Source of the DNA: an uncultured Francisellaceae bacterium
Lineage (GTDB): Bacteria > Pseudomonadota > Gammaproteobacteria > UBA6186 > Azoamicaceae
Direction: 5' to 3'
Length of the DNA: 64,000 nucleotides
Assembly: GCA_903822055.1 (NCBI GenBank)
Contig: CAIJNR010000106.1
Coordinates: forward strand, 2,297-66,296
The translations under genes were made by a program, and so were the position numbers. Below are positions 29,971 to 37,516 of this stretch, one piece after another (the first letter of the stretch is position 1; each line of letters starts with the position of its first letter). Below the pieces are notes generated by a model. The model searched no databases. It saw nothing but the letters and a program-made list of their open reading frames with translations, and was not told the origin of the DNA.

Positions 29971-30002
29971 GGTGGTTTATGCAAAGCTTTGCATAAACCA
30001 CC
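29971..30002. repeat. perfect 32-bp palindrome at the element/target junction
   Basis: GGTGGTTTATGCAAAGCTTTGCATAAACCACC equals its own reverse complement. It is built from two head-to-head copies of the IR decamer, flanked by the target pentamer. Confidence 0.9.
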
Positions 30003-30710
30003 TTGAGGAGTTCCCTCTGTTGTTGGAAATATAGTTTGTTTCTCCATAAATCCAGCCGTTAGCCACTACTTCAATATTCGTTTTTCGATAGGAATATTTT
30101 GTAGTAACCATTGGTGTGAAATTTTGTCGAAACAAGCTTTGATGTCACCTTCCAAAATCCATCGCACTGATGGTTTATTACATAGAGCTTTGAAACAACG
30201 TTCTACGGCATCTGCTGTAGAACGATACGGACGAAATCCATATGAATTTGGATCTGCTTGTGTTTCTGCTATAGGTTCTAACGCCATCAAGTATAGTGCT
30301 TGCATAGCTCGATCACGCAAGGTTGGAATACCTAACGCTCTTCTTTTGCCATTACGTTTTGGAATGTATACCCGCTTTAGCGGTTGTGCCTTATAGCCTC
30401 TTTGTTTGAGACTTAAAGCCAGTTGCAATTTATCAGCATCACACTGATATAGTTTTCCATCAACACCAGAAGTTTTAGCTCCTTGATTGCTAGTTACTCT
30501 TTTTACCGCTAGTAGTTTTGCTTCTAGCGAGTGAGTTAATAGCCATTGCAGAGCCTTAACTTTATTATGGCGTTGTTCTTTTACTGCCTTTGCGATACGC
30601 ATTTGTAGTCGATATACATTTAGTTCCACCTTTTGCCACTTAACGTCGCGCCAGGTAGCTGAAGTTGCACTAACAGATTTATATTCTGTTATCATTTGCT
30701 GTTTCTTCAT
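30003..30710 (-). pseudogene. group II intron RT, N-terminal fragment with in-frame TAG
   Basis: MKKQQMITEYK.. from ATG 30710 (the ORF track uses TTG 30737). RT motifs ..RALGIPTLRDR.., ..GFRPYRS.., ..DIKACFD... There is a TAG at 30066-30068, then the same frame continues WLTAGFMEKQTIFPTTEGTPQGG up to the insertion. Confidence 0.85.
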
Positions 30711-31411
30711 TAGTCGATTCTCCAAACTCTCTCGCAATTAAAGACCAGTTGAAAGTAGGCACGCTTTCGCGTCGCGTAATATTACGCTGTCCAGCTCATT
30801 ACAAACTGGCATTTGCTTTCTCCAACCTCCTTTATCCGCTAGCTCATCAGCATATTTCGCAATATGCCTTCTCTCATTTCTGAGAGGAACTAACGGACTT
30901 ACTCTGTTCCGCCTTAATGACTGAATGGGTTAGGTTCCTTCAGTGTGCCGGTAGCTATTTGTCTGTGTTAAAATGAGTGAAAAATACTTTAGCCTAGCTA
31001 CATACCATTTTGGTGCAAGCTTATCAGCATCTTTAGCTTGTTGTCAGTCTCGACACTTTTCGAAAATTCACTTACGTTAACCATACCATTCAATGTTAGT
31101 CCCTCACCATCTGATGCTGATCGTGTTGTGTTTTCCTCGCGGTTAACACTCCTAGCCTTGCGACTAAAGGGTTCCATTCTGCTCGGAGCTTCACACCAGA
31201 TCGTTACCAATCTCGCATGTCCAAGTAACATACCGATGACAGAACATCGGGTTATATGATAGACTCCCTGGAAGTAGTGATTTGTAAGGATTGCTTGAAC
31301 ACCAGATGGTTTTCAAACTTTCCCTGATTTAATCAGGATTGTCTCGCAAATTAAATTAAATCACTTTTTCCTTTTATCTATAACAATCATTAAAACAGCT
31401 TCAGATCGCAC

Positions 31412-31451
31412 ATGCACACCTGACGCACCAGGGTGCATTTTTCAAATGCGC
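31412..31451 (-). other. candidate oriT nick region (hairpin plus TGCGT-N3-GTGT core), interrupted 4 nt downstream by the intron
   Basis: The minus strand reads GCGCATTT-GAA-AAATGCAC (8-bp stem, one G.T pair), then CCTGGTGCGTCAGGTGTGCAT, then the intron. It resembles the F TraI recognition sequence TTTGCGTGGGGTGT/GGTGCTTT as I recall it. Confidence 0.35.
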
Positions 31452-31520
31452 TGCAAAAATCAAGGTTTATTTGCTTTTTGGTATGCACTTCTAAATGGTA
31501 AAGTTGTTATAAAAATTATT

Positions 31521-31558
31521 ATCCCAAAGTATCCCAATTATATCCCAAATCATCCCAA
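31521..31558. repeat. four phased ATCCCAA repeats (10-11 bp spacing)
   Basis: Copies start at 31521, 31531, 31542 and 31552. Confidence 0.85.
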
Positions 31559-31625
31559 AAATAGTTATTTATAAATTATTGATTTATAAAGGATTTTTAA
31601 CTATGTTTTTTTATAATGAGATATC

Positions 31626-31695
31626 TTGGGATATAACTGGGATACTTTGAATTATTTTTGGGATGCTTTGGGATATAATTGGGATACTTCGGGAT
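31626..31695. repeat. six phased (T/C)(T/C)GGGAT repeats, inverted relative to 31521-31558
   Basis: Copies start at 31626, 31637, 31658, 31668, 31679 and 31689 (spacing 11, 21, 10, 11, 10). Confidence 0.85.
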
Positions 31696-31711
31696 ATATT
31701 TTATAGCCTAA

Positions 31712-32344
31712 TTAATTCAATTTTAATACAACTTCTTTTGCTTTAGACTTAGCATCTTCAATTAATGTTGCACCATCACTAACTGTTTTACTTATTAATA
31801 TTTCCAATAATTTACAGGCGATAAATTGATGCTCTATTGCAATCTTTTGAATTTTCATTAATGGCTGAGCGGAATTATTTTGATCTTGCAAAGTAGCCTC
31901 TTCAATTATATTTCTGATTAGCGGTATGATTTTACTTTGTAATCTAATCGCTTCACTTTGTAGCCAAGAATAAAGTTCTTGTTCTAAAACAATACACAAT
32001 TGTTGTTCTTTATTTTTGTTATGATTAAGATTTAATTGGCTGAGTAAATCTTTAGATTCTTGAAATGCTGCATTTCTTAATTCTGCCCCTTGCTCTTGAG
32101 TCGCTAATACCAATCCTTCTATTAGCTTAGCTGCAAAAATAATATAACCCATCTCAGTTCTATAATTTTGGGGCTGCATATATTTTTGTTTATTAATTTT
32201 TAATTTGTGATCTATCTGACCATGCTGCATTTTGGAGTACAGTAGATCTCTTATAAATTCTGATATCGTTATTTTGTTTTTTTGACAATTGCCCACGATC
32301 CAATTAGCTAGGTGATCGTTAAATCTAATACTGATAGTTTTCAT
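31712..32344 (-). CDS. ribbon-helix-helix (CopG/TraY/TrwA-like) protein, candidate relaxosome accessory factor
   Basis: 210 aa. The N-terminus MKTISIRFNDHLANWIVGNCQKNKITISEFIRDLL fits a beta-strand/helix/helix RHH pattern. ATGA start/stop overlap with traI. Confidence 0.5.
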   Translation of the reverse strand: MKTISIRFNDHLANWIVGNCQKNKITISEFIRDLLYSKMQHGQIDHKLKINKQKYMQPQNYRTEMGYIIFAAKLIEGLVLATQEQGAELRNAAFQESKDLLSQLNLNHNKNKEQQLCIVLEQELYSWLQSEAIRLQSKIIPLIRNIIEEATLQDQNNSAQPLMKIQKIAIEHQFIACKLLEILISKTVSDGATLIEDAKSKAKEVVLKLN

Positions 32345-35300
32345 CTGGTAAGCTCCTGTAAATTATCCCTTTTTATGTTTAAAACATTTTGTAATTCGGT
32401 AGTTTTAGTTTGTTCAATATTATTTTTAGCAAGTTGTGGTACTGCGTTTTGCAACGACCTTACAATCGAATCAGCACCTAAATGTTTTAACACATCATTA
32501 AAATCTACTTTGTTCATGCCAATAATTTTTTCTGGGTGAGCAATCGCAACGCTCAACCCTCGTTCTAAATAAAAATTAGCAGCCGCCATTAATGCTTTAT
32601 TGGAAGCAGCACCAACTCCATCATAATCGGCGCATAACACAACTTTCTGGGTATCTGCTGGGATCAGGACTTTGCTAAGATTAGATACCGAAAGTGTTGC
32701 AAAAACCGCGTCTAGTGGTTTAGTTTGGGCGATACTTAGGGCTGTCTCGATCCCTTCTGCTATATAAATAGTCCCTGGAAATTTACCTTGATTAACAGTC
32801 ACCGCAGCATTGGCCATACTACCTAAGTTGGCTTTAACTGTTGCTGGAAGTGATTTACCATCAGTATTTAGATAGGTATCTTGTAGTTTGTCACCATTTG
32901 CGTTTAAAAAAATCCTAACCACGCCCTGCACTTCATTCTGTCCATTCTTAATTGGAGCTAACAGTGCTGGTACCATCCGCCCTAAATCTGGATGTTTAAC
33001 TTTGGCACAAAATTTAAAGTCTTCTGGAATGTTACCAATAATTCCTCTAAATTCTCGTAAATACTTTTCAGCTAAAGTGCCATCAATTGGTATCCCTTGA
33101 TGATAGATTTTTTGGGCAAATTTAATTTTTTTCGGATCAATCGGATCTATTTTAACTATGGCAGCTGCTTTTGGCTTATCTATATTTTGAAATAATTTAT
33201 CAGTGTCAAGGTTTAATTCTGTAGTAAAATTATGCATCGCAGTTTTAAAATCACAATTAAACTTATCGATATACAGCGATAATAAATTTTTACCACCGAC
33301 CCCTCTTTCAAAATCATGCCAATATCCAGCTTGAGAGCCTTGCAATTTAACTACCAATGAGCCTTTCTTACCCCATCTGGCTTCTTGGGTAGTGATTTTT
33401 TCTGGCTTGCCTAACCAGTTGGTTGTATAATTAATTACATTAGCGTGCAGCTTATTAACTACTTCCTCCATCGTCACAAAGTTAGTATGTAAAGATTGTT
33501 TTGGAGGTGGTTGTTTGTGATCGGCTACAGATTTACTGGCTTTATCTACACTAGATTGATCGGCTAAAGATTGAATGGCTTTCCCTGTTACATTAGATGT
33601 CATGCTGGCAACTTGATCTCTTAATACTTTAAGTTCTTTGGGAGAACATAAATATTCGGTAGCACTTCTGGCACCAATTACGGTTTGCTCTAATGCATGT
33701 TGATAGCTTTCGATATGATCAACTAGTAAGGTTACATTGTCGCCTCTCGTTACACTTACTAAAAATTCGCTAACAGATGTAAGCTTGGGAATGGCTGACG
33801 GTTTGCGAGTTGTTGGATCAGAGCAGACACGCCACATTGCTTGACCATTAGAGTATAAATCGGTTGGTGAACAACTTAAATCTACATTAAAGGTATTAAG
33901 TTCTCTATCTTGCACTGTGGCAACGCCATTTTGAACTGCTAAAATTTTTGCCCACTGAGATTTTAAAACCTGGTCTTTAGTTATAACCACATCACCTTTT
34001 TTAAGATCGCCAGATATTTTTTCTTGAGAGTAAGCACCACGAGCTAGTGCTATAGTGTGTAGCTTATCTGCGCCCTGTGCTACAAAAGCGGTTGCAGCAT
34101 AAGCATGATCCCAGTGTTGATTATTAAGCTCTGTTACATTTAACGATAGATCTCGCCCGTCTTGCAATTTAAAATCTACAAGATCATTCTCTTGTTTCAT
34201 TACAATTGCGGTTTGACCGTTATAAATACCATGCAAATTATTATTACGGCTCCAACGAATGCTGTCATTTTGCATTAACGAACGTTGTTCTTTAAAATAT
34301 AGTGATACCTGGCAAGCTTGGGTGTCTGGTTTCCATAGAATAGACTCTGAATTTTTACCTTGTAGCACTAAAATCTTTTCTTCTAAATTTTTTTCAATTA
34401 TTTGATAATGCTCGTTAAGTTTAACCTCAAGACCTCTTGGTTTTTTTATAAAACACACCCAATTATTTTCGTTAAAGTAATAAATATTTTGTTGCTGCGG
34501 CTTAGTTAAACTAATTTGAGTTAGAATTTCTAAATTAACTTCAGTGCCGATTAACATGCCAGATCTCTTTAACTCATTTCTAATCAATGTATTTACTATT
34601 TTGCGATCTTTATGTTCCGGCGTAATTAAAATGGTATTAGCTTGCTCTGATCTAGATTTTTCTAAATACAATGAGGCCATTTTTTGTAATCTTGCATTAT
34701 AATCTGGGATCTCAATTAAAGAATCAGCTAGTTTTTCTAGTGCCTGAGGGATAGCATCTTTATAAATTTCTTGCATCACCTCTAGAGTTTTGGCAGATTT
34801 AAACCTAACATTTTCTAGCATCGCAACTGATCGCATCTTAGATCCGAGCATTAAATAAAAAATTCTGCCAGCTTCAATCGATTGTAATTGACAATAATCA
34901 CCGATCACCACCATCTTGGTATTTAATTGTTTCATCTTATTAATAAGAGCTAGCATTTCAGCGGTCGAGGCAAAAGATGCTTCATCTAATATAAATAATT
35001 TATTGCCACCATACTCGATTTTAGCAAGCTCTTTATCAACAGATAATAGTCGTTCACTATCTATTAAAAATCCGCGCACGGTATAGTTTTTAATCCCAGC
35101 CTTGGTTAAATTATCATAACTGCCCTCTTTTAAGCGTTCCTTGGCACCAGTCGTAACTGTTAACCCAATAATTTCGTAATTATTAGCGAGGCACTGTTTA
35201 TTTAACTCTTTCAGCATGGTGGTTTTACCGCTACCAGCAACGCCTTGTATGCCAACCACTCTATCTTGAGTAGTTAAGATCAATTCTATTGCTTGCTGTT

Positions 35301-37515
35301 GACCAGCAGTTAAATTTTTATTGATCTGAGGTGCGTTTACGATTGCAGGTAGCGTATTTTTTCCACCCAGTACTTCTTGTAAACAAGTTTGTTCTAAATT
35401 AATAGTGTATTGCGTGGTAACCAAGGGTTGATCAATTTCTTTCAAATCAACAGGATCTTGAGTGGCAACTACGGATTGATCGATTTGTTTTAAATCAACA
35501 GGATCTTGGATAGTTACAACCCCATCTTTGGTTGTCACCAAGATCCGCTTAACGGGTTTAAGCGATGATTCAAGTGCTGCATCTAAGTGAGACTGTAATA
35601 TTTCTTTCGGCACCGTAATTCCTAAGCTAAATAATTGTAGCTTTAAATCTTTTAACTCAAATACTGCATTACGCTCTTGGTAATGTTGAATTGTCCAATG
35701 TAGCAATACGTTTGCGGTATTATTTTGCCAATCATGCTTATCAATTGATTTTCCAGCATTTTCTAAAGCTTGATTAAGCTGCGGATGATAGCTTAAAGCT
35801 GACATGGGTTGCTCTATTTGCTGATTTAAATTACATTTTTTAATCCCATGATCAATTAAGGCACTGATTGCAGCTTGAGGTTTTTGGGTTTTGTATGACC
35901 AAATAATTCTAGTGCCAAATTGCTTAGCATAATTTTGCAATCTATTTAATTGTGTGGCTGAAATACTGCTATGAAAATCTAAGATCCAAATTTGTTTAGA
36001 ACGCATCAGTTGCATTGGTGTCAAACCTTGATCACCAATCTTGCCCGTCCGATTCTCGCAACTTAACAAAAATCCTTCAATAGTCTGTGTGCGCTTGATC
36101 CCTAATTCTTTAGACAAGTCCTTCAATCGTTTAAAAGTTTGGGTAATACCAATCGGGCAAGCACCATGCTGGTATGATATTTCAACCAATGGTTTTAATG
36201 TTTCAATATAATTTTTAAGACTAGAACTGATTACTACCATTTGGTTGTCGCTATTGGTTAATAATGTTTTTAAACTAGTGCAGATCGCATCATGATAATG
36301 GATGGCTAAATAATTAGCCCCAAGATTAGTTACCATCGGTAACACTTTATTTTTGCCTTGCTTCATATTTAATACATTCAGCATTTCTAAATCACGGGCA
36401 GCTTGCGTTGTGCATAAATTATCTTTTAAAAATAATAAATCACCATTTTTAAATTGTTCAGCAATAACTTTGTCTAAGATCATTGGAGCGCCGCTATTAA
36501 CACTGATCCCAGTTGCTAATTTCTTTAGTTCGTCAATATTAAATACTGACTTCCAGACACTAAGCTCACAAGCTGCCTGATTGACCGCCGAATAAACTAA
36601 ATTATAAGGATTGAGCGGAGTAACCGATCCTCTTGCTGCTGCTTGATTGCTATATTCTTTTAACCACTCGATACTAAACCCACATTTTTGTAGCTCAATC
36701 GTCCAATCGGATTCTAACTGCTTGGGATCAATTTTTACTTTAGCGTCTCTAGTATTAAAATTGGCTATTTGGGCAGCTTTAGCTCCACTTAATCCTAAAT
36801 TATCTAATTCGGTAACAATTTGTTCTCGCCGTTTAGACATTTGATCGATTAATATTTGCGAAAATGCTTTAAGCTCAAACAACCCAGTGTGAGTAGTTTG
36901 GGTAATTTCAAAACCTCGCGTCATTAATCCTTGGGCTAATAGACCACGATAAATAGCTCCAAACAGCATCTTATTGTCGTATATTTCATCAAAATATAAT
37001 GTTCGCCAGTGGCCGTCATCACGTTTAGTGGCATTCATAATTACCGTATGGGTATGTAAATTAGGATCTAAAGCACGCGAATCTGTATGCTCGAATTTAA
37101 CTGCCAATAAATTTTTAGTTTTTTCAATATTAACTTGACCATCTGATTTTAATCTAGTTGCTCCATAATGTTCTTCTATATATTTAAGAGTTTCATCAAC
37201 AGCCAAGCGATGAGTTTCAAATATTCTTTCATCTTTAGTAATAACTGCTAAAATTGACACTGATTTTGGAGCTGAAAAAGTTAAATCATAGCCTGGTCGA
37301 TGCACTTGTTTATTGCCTTTAAGATCAATGTCTGGAGCTAATTTACCTTCTAATGCGGCTTTAAACTGTTCTACACTACAACCACCGGATTTACCTAACA
37401 GCTTAGCACCTTCACCAAACCAAACACCTTGCGATCCATCTTCTTTAGCATAGTAATCCTCTTGATAGTAATCAGTGGCTTTTTTAGCTGATTTTAAGGT
37501 ATTCATTGTTAACAT
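32341..37515 (-). CDS. traI: MOBF-type conjugative relaxase/helicase TraI with C-terminal Toprim (primase-like) domain
   Basis: 1724 aa. TrwC/TraI relaxase N-terminus (..YYQEDYY.., ..HTDSRALDPNLHTHTVIMN..), helicase Walker A ..GVAGSGKTTML.., and C-terminal ..IYIAEGIETALS.. / ..VVLCADYDG.. Toprim motifs. Confidence 0.95.
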   Translation of the reverse strand: MLTMNTLKSAKKATDYYQEDYYAKEDGSQGVWFGEGAKLLGKSGGCSVEQFKAALEGKLAPDIDLKGNKQVHRPGYDLTFSAPKSVSILAVITKDERIFETHRLAVDETLKYIEEHYGATRLKSDGQVNIEKTKNLLAVKFEHTDSRALDPNLHTHTVIMNATKRDDGHWRTLYFDEIYDNKMLFGAIYRGLLAQGLMTRGFEITQTTHTGLFELKAFSQILIDQMSKRREQIVTELDNLGLSGAKAAQIANFNTRDAKVKIDPKQLESDWTIELQKCGFSIEWLKEYSNQAAARGSVTPLNPYNLVYSAVNQAACELSVWKSVFNIDELKKLATGISVNSGAPMILDKVIAEQFKNGDLLFLKDNLCTTQAARDLEMLNVLNMKQGKNKVLPMVTNLGANYLAIHYHDAICTSLKTLLTNSDNQMVVISSSLKNYIETLKPLVEISYQHGACPIGITQTFKRLKDLSKELGIKRTQTIEGFLLSCENRTGKIGDQGLTPMQLMRSKQIWILDFHSSISATQLNRLQNYAKQFGTRIIWSYKTQKPQAAISALIDHGIKKCNLNQQIEQPMSALSYHPQLNQALENAGKSIDKHDWQNNTANVLLHWTIQHYQERNAVFELKDLKLQLFSLGITVPKEILQSHLDAALESSLKPVKRILVTTKDGVVTIQDPVDLKQIDQSVVATQDPVDLKEIDQPLVTTQYTINLEQTCLQEVLGGKNTLPAIVNAPQINKNLTAGQQQAIELILTTQDRVVGIQGVAGSGKTTMLKELNKQCLANNYEIIGLTVTTGAKERLKEGSYDNLTKAGIKNYTVRGFLIDSERLLSVDKELAKIEYGGNKLFILDEASFASTAEMLALINKMKQLNTKMVVIGDYCQLQSIEAGRIFYLMLGSKMRSVAMLENVRFKSAKTLEVMQEIYKDAIPQALEKLADSLIEIPDYNARLQKMASLYLEKSRSEQANTILITPEHKDRKIVNTLIRNELKRSGMLIGTEVNLEILTQISLTKPQQQNIYYFNENNWVCFIKKPRGLEVKLNEHYQIIEKNLEEKILVLQGKNSESILWKPDTQACQVSLYFKEQRSLMQNDSIRWSRNNNLHGIYNGQTAIVMKQENDLVDFKLQDGRDLSLNVTELNNQHWDHAYAATAFVAQGADKLHTIALARGAYSQEKISGDLKKGDVVITKDQVLKSQWAKILAVQNGVATVQDRELNTFNVDLSCSPTDLYSNGQAMWRVCSDPTTRKPSAIPKLTSVSEFLVSVTRGDNVTLLVDHIESYQHALEQTVIGARSATEYLCSPKELKVLRDQVASMTSNVTGKAIQSLADQSSVDKASKSVADHKQPPPKQSLHTNFVTMEEVVNKLHANVINYTTNWLGKPEKITTQEARWGKKGSLVVKLQGSQAGYWHDFERGVGGKNLLSLYIDKFNCDFKTAMHNFTTELNLDTDKLFQNIDKPKAAAIVKIDPIDPKKIKFAQKIYHQGIPIDGTLAEKYLREFRGIIGNIPEDFKFCAKVKHPDLGRMVPALLAPIKNGQNEVQGVVRIFLNANGDKLQDTYLNTDGKSLPATVKANLGSMANAAVTVNQGKFPGTIYIAEGIETALSIAQTKPLDAVFATLSVSNLSKVLIPADTQKVVLCADYDGVGAASNKALMAAANFYLERGLSVAIAHPEKIIGMNKVDFNDVLKHLGADSIVRSLQNAVPQLAKNNIEQTKTTELQNVLNIKRDNLQELTR

Positions 37516-37516
37516 C

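Larger units (their letters stand above)
26531..29997 (-). mobile_element. recombinase-in-trio (RIT-type) element: three overlapping tyrosine recombinase genes between inverted repeats
   Basis: Three tandem tyrosine recombinase ORFs with 8- and 14-nt overlaps, 42/43-bp imperfect IRs, and an insertion that splits the RT codons GTPQGG|IISP. Confidence 0.75.
25603..31411 (-). mobile_element. group II intron (about 2.3 kb core) carrying a 3.47-kb insertion
   Basis: The 5' end is GTGCG (reverse complement of 31407-31411). Domain V is at 25644-25677 and domain VI, with a bulged A, at 25603-25640. The intron-encoded RT/maturase ORF is in two pieces. Confidence 0.8.

Noticed and set aside
25694-30737. 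The reverse transcriptase as a retron, DGR or defence-type RT.
   Set aside because: The RT is flanked by a canonical group II domain V/VI and a 5' GTGCG, and it has a maturase-like tail. That is sufficient to explain it as an intron-encoded protein.
30998-31259. ORFs at 30998..31231 (minus strand) and 31038..31259 (plus strand).
   Set aside because: They lie inside intron domains I-III (structured RNA, locally higher GC), overlap each other antisense, and have no RBS or recognisable motifs.
31421-31428. Alternative intron 5' end at a second GTGCG (minus strand GTGCGTCAGG, starting at 31428).
   Set aside because: This sequence is better explained as part of the F-like TGCGT-N3-GTGT nick core. 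The GTGCGATCTGAAGC at 31411 leaves a more typical distance to the RT ORF. This could not be settled without folding or covariance models, so it is kept only as an alternative.
31519-31697. GGGATA/TATCCC repeats (and the 11-bp repeats at 62249-62768) as CRISPR arrays.
   Set aside because: The units are only 7-11 bp and directly adjacent at helical-turn spacing. There are no 25-40-bp repeats, no unique spacers and no cas genes.
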